From contig CAIVHJ010000330.1 in the NCBI GenBank assembly GCA_903905665.1, positions 1 to 38,208 of the forward strand: a DNA stretch of 38,208 nt, in the 5' to 3' direction. The stretch comes from an uncultured Phycisphaerales bacterium (GTDB taxonomy: Bacteria > Planctomycetota > Phycisphaerae > UBA1845 > CAIVHJ01). This document shows, piece by piece, positions 1 to 8,499 of the stretch. Every line of letters begins with the position of its first letter. The stretch's first letter is position 1. The notes beneath the pieces were generated by a model that had not been told where the DNA came from, ran no database searches, and saw only the letters and a program-made list of their open reading frames with translations. A program made the translations under genes and the position numbers.

Positions 1-115
1 CGCATTGGGGACAGGTGAAGCGGGTGTACCAGATCCGCCCGGCGGGCATTTCGGGCACTCGGGCATCGCCAGATTTCCTGGCCACACGATTAACTCGCTT
101 CCGCACTTTCCGCAA
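1..115 (-). CDS. Start of an unidentified late gene running off the left edge (frame uncertain)
   Basis: GGGAGG (130-125, minus) lies 9 nt upstream of TTG at 115, and that frame stays open to position 2. A second open frame starts at ATG 66 (MPECPKCPPGG...) and runs to position 1. The gene follows the holin-like gene, so it could be a lysis gene. Confidence 0.25.
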   Translation of the reverse strand, partial: MRKVRKRVNRVARKSGDARVPEMPAGRIWYTRFTCPQC

Positions 116-132
116 AGCGTATTTCCTCCCTG

Positions 133-375
133 TTACTTATACGGCTGTATCCTCTCCGTCAACGTGACAATGGCGACTTGCAAAGACGTGATCGCTTGCG
201 TGTTTCGGTTCAGGACGACGAAAGTGAGATACATGAGCGCGCACGAAACAAAAACAGGGAACCCGACACGTTGTATGAAGTTCGCCGACCATTTCATCAT
301 CTCCGGCATAGAATCGTCCCTCCTGTTATGGGGTACCCAGATTTCCTCGCTCCGCTTGTGTTCGTGATCGGTCAT
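133..375 (-). CDS. Small single-pass membrane protein, holin-like (YvrJ-like by eye)
   Basis: 80 codons from ATG 375 (GGGGAG 7 nt upstream), or 58 codons from ATG 309 (AGGAGG 9 nt upstream). One hydrophobic helix, GFPVFVSCALMYLTFVVL, is followed by a polar tail. It sits at the distal end of the late operon. Only the 3' end of track ORF 133..690 is plausibly coding. Confidence 0.55.
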   Translation of the reverse strand: MTDHEHKRSEEIWVPHNRRDDSMPEMMKWSANFIQRVGFPVFVSCALMYLTFVVLNRNTQAITSLQVAIVTLTERIQPYK

Positions 376-376
376 G

Positions 377-1525
377 TTAGAACTCCCCGAAGAAAAAGGC
401 ATTTGACGCCGCCGCGGTCCCACTTGTCGTTTCCGATCCGATGCTCGTAAAGGTAGTCGGCGATGACTGGTTGTTGTATTCCGTCTTGATCCAGTCGGCG
501 GAACGGGCGATCCCACTGGAAATTCTGATTTCATCCATAATTCCAGAAGTATCAGAATTGCCTCCGCCAATGATGGTGGCCGCCGTTGGATCGGTGATCG
601 CCGCGGGTGGGTAATAGCCGCCAACATTGGTGCCAGCCACGGCATCCATGTAGATTTGCAGTCTGTTTGTCGATGTCTGAGAACCATCAAAAGTCACGAC
701 AAAATAATGCCATGCCGTTCCTCGCGGGTCGGCGTATGTGGCGTACTGTCCAAAAGTGGCTAAGTCTCCAACCCACACACTCATTGGATAGGTGTAATAA
801 TGCCCCATGCTCATTCCGTCGTTGAACGCTCCATGGCCGATCCACGACGCCAAAGAAATAGTCGTACCGTTAGGGTTCATCCAAAAAGAATAGGTGAAGG
901 CCGTTGTCGGGCTGGTGGTTGGAGAATCAGGGATCGAAATTGAATCGTCGGTGTCCGTAAACGATAACGCACCTCTTATCTGACCGGTGACTTGCTTTCC
1001 CGAACTCCAAGTCCCGACGGAGGTGCCGTTATTGATGCCCACCGAATCGTATACCGTTTGGCCGGCGCCAGTTAAGGTCTCATCAAAATGCCATACGCCG
1101 CCATATTTGTTGCTCCACGTCGCCGTCGAGATCCCTTGGTAGGTCGTGACTCCGGCGTCCCCGTAGCACATATAGAGCGTCGTGTCAGTCGTAGACGAGA
1201 TGGTCGGCACTTTGACCCACACACTCATGGTTGACACCCCGACGTTCGATACGGTTTCGGTGTCCCATTTGAGAAGGTATGAGCAGGTATTGTCCTTCGT
1301 GGAAAAGACCAGATCGAAGCCCGTCGAGTTAAGACGCCCGCCTTGCGCTGTCGTGGTGGTGAGTGCGATGTTGAACGTCGATATCAGGACGGGGAAGTCC
1401 GTGTACGTGGCGGCTTGCGTGGACACCTGGGCGGCGTTAACCGTGATGGTGCGGTAATATCCGTAACTCGCTCCCGCGTAGTTGGAAGTGAGAAGCAGAC
1501 CCGCTATCAGGAACGCCCGTTTCAT
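377..1525 (-). CDS. DUF2341 + LamG/concanavalin-A-like lectin domain protein with signal-peptide-like N-terminus (receptor-binding or glycan-binding candidate)
   Basis: N-terminus is MKRAFLIAGLLLTSNYAGAS. DUF2341-like stretch: YRTITVNAAQV...FPVLIS...WDTE...VWVKVP...LYMCYGD. LamG-like stretch: GVWHFDE...GALSFTD...FTYSFWM...HYFVVTFDG...LQIYMD. Typical C-terminal signature: DEIRISSGIARSADWIKTEYNNQ. Confidence 0.85.
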   Translation of the reverse strand: MKRAFLIAGLLLTSNYAGASYGYYRTITVNAAQVSTQAATYTDFPVLISTFNIALTTTTAQGGRLNSTGFDLVFSTKDNTCSYLLKWDTETVSNVGVSTMSVWVKVPTISSTTDTTLYMCYGDAGVTTYQGISTATWSNKYGGVWHFDETLTGAGQTVYDSVGINNGTSVGTWSSGKQVTGQIRGALSFTDTDDSISIPDSPTTSPTTAFTYSFWMNPNGTTISLASWIGHGAFNDGMSMGHYYTYPMSVWVGDLATFGQYATYADPRGTAWHYFVVTFDGSQTSTNRLQIYMDAVAGTNVGGYYPPAAITDPTAATIIGGGNSDTSGIMDEIRISSGIARSADWIKTEYNNQSSPTTFTSIGSETTSGTAAASNAFFFGEF

Positions 1526-1833
1526 CCCACCTTGGGGGCCAGTTTAACGGGAGTAGAAGGTGACACTTTCGCCACGGTATCGGTGATCTCTTGGATGACA
1601 TCAATCTCAAAGAGGAGTTCGTCTTTGCCCGCCGCGATGGCTTTTAAGTCAATGGTATGCAGGAGCGGCGATCCTTCTTTTCCGGTCTTGCCGTCAAAGG
1701 TCCTCTCTTGGAGATAGGTCGTCAAGGTCGTTTGCTCGATCTGGATAATCGACGCAATCGGTTCACCGTTGGCGTCCGACTTGTCGGAAAGGTCTTTGTA
1801 GAGGTTGATGATATTCTGAGCGTTTGAATCCAT
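1522..1833 (-). CDS. Hypothetical protein, 103 aa (possible fibre-associated/chaperone by position)
   Basis: ATG at 1833 is preceded by AAGGAG (MDSNAQNII...). An ATGA overlap couples it to the downstream LamG gene. The upstream 27 codons of the track ORF lack an SD. Confidence 0.7.
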   Translation of the reverse strand: MDSNAQNIINLYKDLSDKSDANGEPIASIIQIEQTTLTTYLQERTFDGKTGKEGSPLLHTIDLKAIAAGKDELLFEIDVIQEITDTVAKVSPSTPVKLAPKVG

Positions 1834-1843
1834 GGGGATCTCC

Positions 1844-4800
1844 TTATGGTGTAAAGTTCTGCGTTCCGCTGGCCGAGCAGTAGTACACTCCGTCAGAGGC
1901 ATATTTACAAACAACGAAATCGACTTTGCTCGCCGTCACCGTGATCGTTGGCGCTGTGCCGCCGGACCAATGCACTGCCGCGGGCCATGTACAGGCAAAC
2001 GACCCCGCTCCCGTCAGAATCCGTAGCGTCAGAGTTCCGGGGTGAGCCGGGGCGATGAAGTTGAAGGCGGTGTTCGCCGTCAACGTCACCTTCTGCATGT
2101 TCCCGTTCAGCCACGTGATCGTGCTGATGGCGACGTAAGCTCCGTTGGCGTACTCGTCCATGCCGATTGTGGCCGAGGAAACGTAGATGGCGGTGGATTG
2201 GATGATGCCGTTGAACGTCGCTGATCCCCGATTGACCTGGAACTGGCCGGAGTCGATAAACACGCCGTAGTTCTGCGTGGCACCACTGGCCGAGAACCAA
2301 CCGCCGTATCCGACGGGGCCGGAGGCGATGTTTTCACCTTTTACTCCCGATGAATTACCAGTCACTCCTCCATATACGTATCCATTGGCCCCAACAGCGG
2401 TGAATGTTGTTCCAGCTCCTCCATTGACAGTTCCGTTGGTTCCGACAACAGTTGATCCTACAACTGAATTTGAAAGTGAGAAAGCACCCATAACAGCGCC
2501 GGAAGTAATATCGTTTTGAGTAGCGGATATAAGTCTCCCTGTTAAAGTCCCAGTTACAGAAAGGTTGCTGGCTGTTGCACTCGATACCGTCATAGTCGAT
2601 ATCACCGTTGCGGCATTGGCGTAGAATGTCGCTCCTGAGAAGATGGCGTTAGACGAAACCGTTATGTTCGGGGTTGTGATGCTCCCTGCGTACACTCCGT
2701 AGGTGAACGTCGAAGGGGACGGACTGGCCCACGTTTCCTGTCCAGTCCATGTCTGGGTAGAAGCCAATCCAGCGCTCGTAATCGTCGTCCAGGTAGGATT
2801 AGCGACTGGCCCCCCAGAGGTCAGGAATTGCCCCGCTGTTCCTACTGTCCCAAGCCCGCCAAGCCCGATCGTTGTGGAAATGATGATCGTGCTACTGTGT
2901 GTACGTTGGCCGGAGATTGTTTGAGTCGATGTAATGAACGCCGCCGTAGATACCATATTCCCCGCCGGGAGCGTCCCGATAACGCCAGTCGATAGGCTGA
3001 TCTTGTCGACACCAAAAGCGCCCGTTGTGTTGTTGTATTGAAGGGGGACACTCACCGTAAACGAGGCGTAATTGACCTTTCCGTTGGCGAGCGTAAAAAG
3101 TGTTCCAGTTGAGATGCCAACGGCGGTCATGGAAGAAGTCAGGTTCGTTACGTTTCCGGAAATCGTCCCAGTCGCCACTCCAACCGCCGTCATAGATGAC
3201 GACAAGGCCGCTAAACTGACGGTATTCCCTTGTAGAGTAACAGACGACGCGAGAAGGCTCATGTAGGCCGTTGCCGATCCCGTCAAAGCCCCAGCGAATT
3301 GCGATGAATTGAAGTTGACGACTGCCGTCGGACTTGAAACGGTCCCAGTAAATCCTGTGCTGGTTCCGGTAGCAACGGCGAGAGTTGACGCGCCGCCGCT
3401 TGATGCGGTCGTCCAAGTAGGAACGGCCCCAGCCCCGCCAGATGTCAAGACCTGGCCATTGACACCCGCCGATCCAGACAAGAGAACGCCGGACGAAATG
3501 CCGACATTCCCGTTGAACGTGGAACTGGAAGTAACCGTCAGGGTGGAACCTAGTATGGTCGCTCCTTCAACATAAAGACCATTTGCAGGAGCCGTATGAC
3601 GGGATGACGCGAACATCCCACTTCCGAAGACGTTTAGTTTGTTGTCAATGGATTGTGAACCAAGAGAGAGTTGTCCTGCTGAATTAAGATACATCGCATC
3701 GCCACCGAGCGTTGCAAAAACCATCGGCGCTTCAGATGTTGCGCTAGTGTAATTCCATACTCGGATCGATCCATATTGTGATCCGGAAACTTTAAACAAC
3801 ATCCCACCCTCAAGCGGTCCAGCGACATCTGCGTTATTTACAGTCAGTGGATAGGTCGTGACACTTGAAAATGTCCCTGTGGAAGCGGTTACTCCCTTAG
3901 CCAGGTTGAACGTGACGGTTGCGGGTTCGACAGCGTAGCCACCACCGCCCCCTGTCGTGTTGTTGACAGTCGTAGACGACCAAAGCATCGTCATGCCCTG
4001 CGAAATCGCGTCGTCGCAGAAACCTTGAATCGTGGTGTCGCTTCCGTAATTTCCGGCGGCGTAGACCTTGGTCATCTTGAGACCCTTCTTGATGGCGACA
4101 TGATCTACGGTGATTTGCGTGTTGGAATTGCCAGTCGAAGGGACCAACATATAAGGCGTCTGGTTTCCGTCAGCCGATATCAACTGGAACTCTTGAATGT
4201 CCTGAGCCGCTATGTGGACAGATGCAAAGGTGACGTTTTGCGGGACTGTGAACCCCGACATTCCAGGGGAATAGTTCCAAACCGCTTGGATAGCCGCACC
4301 GGACGAAAACATGATCTCGTAACCGGGAACGGGACTGAGGGTAGTCCAAGAACGCCCGTTACTGAAATAGGTACAAGCTCCAGACTGATAGCCGGTCAAG
4401 AAACTCCCTGAAGTGCGCTGTTCCCCGCCCGTTTGGTTATCGCCCACGCGCCAGAGTCCAAGGGCAATCCATCCGTTTGTGCCGAAAGCGGTGTTTAGCT
4501 TGGAGATGTTCGACACAATAGGAACCGTCGTAGACACGACAAACACGAAATCGGTCGAGTTGGCCTGTGATTTGACGCAATACCCTTCATAGCTCGTATT
4601 GATGGTCGTAGTCCCAACATTAACACCGCCCTGCACCGTTCCCGTCAAAGAGGCCGTCATGGACGAGAAGGCTGTCACGTGAGAAGTCGTGTTGTCTGTT
4701 CGCATGTCCCCGTCAGGAAATAAGCAAGCGACTGTTGCCGATCCGTTATAGGAGTTTGACGATAGAACGAGGCTTGTACTGCTGGTGTAGACCATGACGG

Positions 4801-5209
4801 GGCGCTGATAGGTAAGGGAAGTTGTTGAAAGAGTTATAGAGGAACCGCCGCTTCCTCCTGTGACTGTTGACCAATAGGGAGCGCCCGCCGCGCCGCTAGA
4901 GGTATAAACCTGTCCGACTGTGCCTGGTGCTACCCCAGATATGATGGTAGTTGAAACGCCAGAATAGTACGGCATCGAGTATTGCGTAGCGACGTTTATC
5001 GTACCGCCAGCTCCACCACCTCCACCAGATCCCGCAGTTGTCTGTGTTGACCCATCGGCCCAATAAAGTGCCTTTATATGGGCTTTCTGATTAGTCTGTC
5101 CAGCATTTGTGCTGACGTTTATGACATAGTTTCCAGCCGGCGGCCCTGGGACCGCACAGGTAAACGAAGCCAGGCCTAAGAGCGCCGCTATTTTAAAGAG
5201 CCTATTCAC
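1844..5209 (-). CDS. Large Gly/Ser/Thr-rich tail-fibre-like protein, 1121 aa, with signal-peptide-like N-terminus
   Basis: GTG start. N-terminus is MNRLFKIAALLGLASFTCAV. The motif G-Q-x-[LY]-T-S-x-G-x(4,5)-P-x-W-[ST]-T occurs three times (GQVYTSSGAAGAPYWST, GQVLTSGGAGAVPTWTT, GQFLTSGGPVANPTWTT), as in many phage fibre proteins. Poly-G linkers are present. It is the largest gene of the late arm. Confidence 0.8.
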   Translation of the reverse strand: MNRLFKIAALLGLASFTCAVPGPPAGNYVINVSTNAGQTNQKAHIKALYWADGSTQTTAGSGGGGGAGGTINVATQYSMPYYSGVSTTIISGVAPGTVGQVYTSSGAAGAPYWSTVTGGSGGSSITLSTTSLTYQRPVMVYTSSTSLVLSSNSYNGSATVACLFPDGDMRTDNTTSHVTAFSSMTASLTGTVQGGVNVGTTTINTSYEGYCVKSQANSTDFVFVVSTTVPIVSNISKLNTAFGTNGWIALGLWRVGDNQTGGEQRTSGSFLTGYQSGACTYFSNGRSWTTLSPVPGYEIMFSSGAAIQAVWNYSPGMSGFTVPQNVTFASVHIAAQDIQEFQLISADGNQTPYMLVPSTGNSNTQITVDHVAIKKGLKMTKVYAAGNYGSDTTIQGFCDDAISQGMTMLWSSTTVNNTTGGGGGYAVEPATVTFNLAKGVTASTGTFSSVTTYPLTVNNADVAGPLEGGMLFKVSGSQYGSIRVWNYTSATSEAPMVFATLGGDAMYLNSAGQLSLGSQSIDNKLNVFGSGMFASSRHTAPANGLYVEGATILGSTLTVTSSSTFNGNVGISSGVLLSGSAGVNGQVLTSGGAGAVPTWTTASSGGASTLAVATGTSTGFTGTVSSPTAVVNFNSSQFAGALTGSATAYMSLLASSVTLQGNTVSLAALSSSMTAVGVATGTISGNVTNLTSSMTAVGISTGTLFTLANGKVNYASFTVSVPLQYNNTTGAFGVDKISLSTGVIGTLPAGNMVSTAAFITSTQTISGQRTHSSTIIISTTIGLGGLGTVGTAGQFLTSGGPVANPTWTTITSAGLASTQTWTGQETWASPSPSTFTYGVYAGSITTPNITVSSNAIFSGATFYANAATVISTMTVSSATASNLSVTGTLTGRLISATQNDITSGAVMGAFSLSNSVVGSTVVGTNGTVNGGAGTTFTAVGANGYVYGGVTGNSSGVKGENIASGPVGYGGWFSASGATQNYGVFIDSGQFQVNRGSATFNGIIQSTAIYVSSATIGMDEYANGAYVAISTITWLNGNMQKVTLTANTAFNFIAPAHPGTLTLRILTGAGSFACTWPAAVHWSGGTAPTITVTASKVDFVVCKYASDGVYYCSASGTQNFTP

Positions 5210-5357
5210 TTTTCATGCCTACGGGAGGCTTTGTTTCCTGTGTGTGATCTCCCTCTGGCGCCCACTCCCCACCTGGATGGTCGATGATTTCCTTGATTTT
5301 GGATTCGCTGACTGGATTTCCTTTGTTCTCGAATGGGTCTAATTTTGGTCCTTGCAT
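5202..5357 (-). CDS. Small acidic ORF, 51 aa (not in ORF track)
   Basis: AGGAGG lies 4 nt upstream of ATG 5357. Translation: MQGPKLDPFENKGNPVSESKIKEIIDHPGGEWAPEGDHTQETKPPVGMKSE. Its stop overlaps the GTG start of the 1121-aa gene. It fills the gap better than the Arg/Lys-rich track ORF 5206..5397. Confidence 0.45.
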   Translation of the reverse strand: MQGPKLDPFENKGNPVSESKIKEIIDHPGGEWAPEGDHTQETKPPVGMKSE

Positions 5358-5365
5358 AATGCCTC

Positions 5366-7435
5366 CTATTGTCCGGTTGATGATCTTTGATTTTCAATTG
5401 CGGAAATCATTGCACCTTTTCCCAACACGCTTAGAGCTAAAGCCGCTTTATCTGGAGCCGTAACACCTTTTACAAGCAATTCCCTGCCAGCTTCACTCAG
5501 GTAGAGTTTTGCCAATGCTTTTGGAATACCAATAGCTCCTACAAATAATTGAGCTGCACCGAATGGATTCCCCGACATAATCAAGTGATAGGCTTGTGTC
5601 GCTGTACCAAAAATGGCCGCTTTTGCCATGAGTCGGCCACCTGTTTGAGAGCCTTCAGCAAAACCACGCTTCATTTCTGAGAATATCTCTTGAGCTTGGG
5701 CGATCTCATACATTGTTTTTGGATCGAATACCTGGGTGAGAGTAGGGAAGCCAATCTTATCTACCTTATTGACGAAAGAACGTGGGTTCAATTCCCCTGT
5801 TTTATCTACGAGCATGTTGGCTAAGAGGTTTTGCTGGACGGGAACGAAGTTGTCAGGACCAAGGATCTCTTTTAGCTTACCGATGTTCGTGATATCCTGC
5901 GCCTTAACTGCATGATTCAGAAAATCCTCTGGGTTATTCTTCAAGAGCTTAATTACGAATGGGTCATTCATTAACTCTTTTGTCTGTGCGTAATTGGCCT
6001 TAGCGGCTTTATATTGGTCTGAAACATTTGTCATCTGATCCAGATGAGAGGCAATTGCTGGATCTCCTGGAGGAGATTCCTTTAGTGCCGTTTTCGCTTG
6101 ATCTGACAAAGTGGATAGCCCTGAATCAATGTCTTCGTGAAGTGCCTTTCGGAGTTCTGCCGCATACCCAGCATAAGTATTCCCCTGCCCTTTTATCCCT
6201 AAGAGATAACCTGGGTCGTTCGCAATACGCAGATCTCGTAGTTTCCGCATCGTCATTTGGGTGGCACCGAATGGCATCTGCGCTTCGGTGGACTGGCCTT
6301 CCTTTTCAAGTGCCGATTGGATGGCATCATAGAGAGGCCCTTGTAAAGGTGTTCCATCAGCCATTGTCGGTAGTGATTTCGTATCTACTCCAGCGTACTC
6401 AGCGAGTCGTTTAACCCATCCGGCATTCCTGTCACTCGTTTTCCCCTGTAGTTCCTGATCTAGAAATTCCTCTGCTTTGGCTGAAAATGCAGAAGTTTTT
6501 ATAGGAGCTTCATCGGGGACGATCTTTCTTAGAGCATCGAACTGAGCTCCAGCCGCATCCAGGGCGACTTTGCGTTGTTGCGCGAGCATACTTTGAGTGA
6601 ATTGCCCAGCGCCCGGCTTCTTCATGAATGTTTCTAAATCGCCCATTCGATCCTGCAAATAAGACGCTTGCTCAGGAGTTGCGTTTTGGAGATAATCGTC
6701 AATTGTCCCCTTCATCATCTCGGACACTTGTTTCGTGGCGGCATTATTCCCAACTGTTTCCATCAAATGAGCTCGGATATTATCCGCTTGTGCCAATCGA
6801 GTCCTGTAAAATTCTTGGAAGTCATCGCCAGTAAAAGGATAGATATTTCCTAGATCCTCTACGATATTGAGAAGTTTCGATTGAGTGGCTTCCGCAGGAG
6901 ATAGTTCTATTCCATAGCTTTCTGCTTTGGCTATTCGTTGGACTGCCTTTGGATCTGACGCACCGCCAATCTTGATATCCACCCCTTTGAGATTCTTTTG
7001 ACCACCTATGGCATAACTGCGCGGATCAACTGCCATCCCCGCCGCCATAGCAAGAGCTGCGGACACATGAGGTTCAAGACCCATAGCTCCAAGATGAGTT
7101 GCCGCCATCTCACTAACAGGCCCAGAGAGTTCTCCTAAGTTCTGCGATAGACGAGATGGAAATTCAAGAATCTGTTTTGCAGTATTCAATGAGTCCTGGA
7201 TTGGATCTCCTGTAGCCAATGTAGGAGTGACATCTCCTACACCGAGCGGCTGCATGGCCGATGTTGATCCCACCGCATCCATCGCCTGTCCGATTGGGCT
7301 ATTTGTTATGGCAGATGCAACACCAGGCAATGATATGGATGAAGAGGTTGACGAAGATGAATCCGCTAAAGGTTGCTTCAGAAATGGAGCATCTGGAGCC
7401 TGAATATCAATCCAAGGAGCATTTGGAAGTCCCAT
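5366..7435 (-). CDS. Large virion-associated protein, 689 aa (candidate internal/ejection protein)
   Basis: ATG 7435 overlaps the upstream stop as TAATG, the coupling pattern used across this operon. Mostly helical-looking sequence with a hydrophobic C-terminal segment (AAIFGTATQAYHLIMSGNPFGAAQLFVGAIGIP). No lysozyme/SLT motif recognised. Confidence 0.7.
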   Translation of the reverse strand: MGLPNAPWIDIQAPDAPFLKQPLADSSSSTSSSISLPGVASAITNSPIGQAMDAVGSTSAMQPLGVGDVTPTLATGDPIQDSLNTAKQILEFPSRLSQNLGELSGPVSEMAATHLGAMGLEPHVSAALAMAAGMAVDPRSYAIGGQKNLKGVDIKIGGASDPKAVQRIAKAESYGIELSPAEATQSKLLNIVEDLGNIYPFTGDDFQEFYRTRLAQADNIRAHLMETVGNNAATKQVSEMMKGTIDDYLQNATPEQASYLQDRMGDLETFMKKPGAGQFTQSMLAQQRKVALDAAGAQFDALRKIVPDEAPIKTSAFSAKAEEFLDQELQGKTSDRNAGWVKRLAEYAGVDTKSLPTMADGTPLQGPLYDAIQSALEKEGQSTEAQMPFGATQMTMRKLRDLRIANDPGYLLGIKGQGNTYAGYAAELRKALHEDIDSGLSTLSDQAKTALKESPPGDPAIASHLDQMTNVSDQYKAAKANYAQTKELMNDPFVIKLLKNNPEDFLNHAVKAQDITNIGKLKEILGPDNFVPVQQNLLANMLVDKTGELNPRSFVNKVDKIGFPTLTQVFDPKTMYEIAQAQEIFSEMKRGFAEGSQTGGRLMAKAAIFGTATQAYHLIMSGNPFGAAQLFVGAIGIPKALAKLYLSEAGRELLVKGVTAPDKAALALSVLGKGAMISAIENQRSSTGQ

Positions 7436-8499
7436 TATTTTACTGGCCCCCATGTCGTCGGATCGGTATCAGGACCGTCCTTGATTTTCTTGTATGTTCC
7501 CTGCGCGAATTTAACGACTTGCCCGACCTTATAGACAGATACCGATGGCAACTTAATGGATCTTACGCTAGGGAACTGAGCTGACCGAGTTTCCACCTGA
7601 CCCTTAACGCTTTCCCCAATCGTGTCGAGAGCATTTTGCATTAGGGTTCTTTGCTCTGGAGACAATGCTCCTTCTCCTGTAAACTTTGCGAATGCCTGAG
7701 CGAACTTTGGTCCCCATGTTCCTGCTTTTGCCATCTTTTGAAGTTCTGGCAGAGGAACCGGAGTCCCATTATTGGCGAGCTTTCCAAATTCATTTATAGC
7801 CATGAAATCGCCAAGTTCAGTTCCTTTTGACAAGGCGGTCTTTGCAAGATTGACTGAGTAACTCGAATTTACCAATGGCGCCATCGACTGAGCGGCGGCA
7901 CGTTCCGATTCGTTGCGTTGTGTCATCTCAGTACGTTTTTGCGTTTGTTCCTGGTCAAACATATTTTGAACTGGCGCGAGGACGCCCTGCAATCGTTCCT
8001 GTTGAACTTTTGATGCCTTAGATTTTAGTTTGGATAGGAAATACATCGTGTCCTGAAGTGTGGCATCGCCATTTTGCAAAGCATCGACAGCTTTCCCCGC
8101 CTGCTTCATTACTCCACCCATTTCAGGCGTATATTGCCAACTATCCGGAATGGCTCCTGGTTGAACCATATCAACACCTTTTTTGAAGGTATTGAATAAT
8201 TCAGGACCCGCATCATCTCCCCATCGGTCGTATCCTTCAGCGGCCGCTTTCATCAAACCAAGACCTTGTTCGGATTTAGCTTTCTGGATCTCCGCCTGCT
8301 GTTTCTGAATTGCCATTGCCATCTCTTGCTGCTTGAGTCTCATCGTGAGAGGCTGATACTGATTGGCGAGTTGCTGGGCCTTGGTTTGAGACATTACATA
8401 GGCCATCTGTGCACCTTGATCCAGCCCAGTAGCCATACCTTTCCCAAGATTGGCATCTGTTACGCCTGTCGGCAATGGGTTCGCGCGTGGGATATCCAT
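7435..8499 (-). CDS. Virion-associated protein, 354 aa, Q/K/A-rich coiled-coil-like (candidate internal protein)
   Basis: ATG 8499 (MDIPRANPL...) overlaps the upstream stop as TAATG. Long Q/E/K-rich helical stretches, for example QQEMAMAIQKQQAEIQKAKSEQ. Confidence 0.7.
   Translation of the reverse strand: MDIPRANPLPTGVTDANLGKGMATGLDQGAQMAYVMSQTKAQQLANQYQPLTMRLKQQEMAMAIQKQQAEIQKAKSEQGLGLMKAAAEGYDRWGDDAGPELFNTFKKGVDMVQPGAIPDSWQYTPEMGGVMKQAGKAVDALQNGDATLQDTMYFLSKLKSKASKVQQERLQGVLAPVQNMFDQEQTQKRTEMTQRNESERAAAQSMAPLVNSSYSVNLAKTALSKGTELGDFMAINEFGKLANNGTPVPLPELQKMAKAGTWGPKFAQAFAKFTGEGALSPEQRTLMQNALDTIGESVKGQVETRSAQFPSVRSIKLPSVSVYKVGQVVKFAQGTYKKIKDGPDTDPTTWGPVK

Noticed and set aside
5-367. 120-aa plus-strand ORF at the left edge
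   Set aside because: It lies antisense to the SD-led holin-like gene, has no SD, and has an odd composition (Pro/Gly/His/Cys-rich). The whole surrounding 25 kb is transcribed on the minus strand.
133-690. 185-aa track ORF overlapping the 3' end of the LamG gene
   Set aside because: Most of it is an alternative frame of the well-supported LamG CDS and is Arg/Pro-rich with no SD. Only the last 58-80 codons, after the LamG stop, look like a real gene (the holin-like protein).
1905-4411. Numerous 60-175-aa ORFs on both strands inside the 1121-aa fibre gene (e.g. 1905..2300, 2892..3416, 4025..4411)
   Set aside because: They are typical shadow ORFs of a GC-rich, Gly/Ser/Thr-encoding gene. They are Arg/Pro-rich, have no SDs, and are all nested in one long coherent frame.
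5206-5397. 63-aa Arg/Lys-rich track ORF between the 689-aa and 1121-aa genes
   Set aside because: It has no SD and an implausible composition. A different frame in the same gap has AGGAGG + ATG and encodes a normal-looking 51-aa acidic protein (5202..5357).
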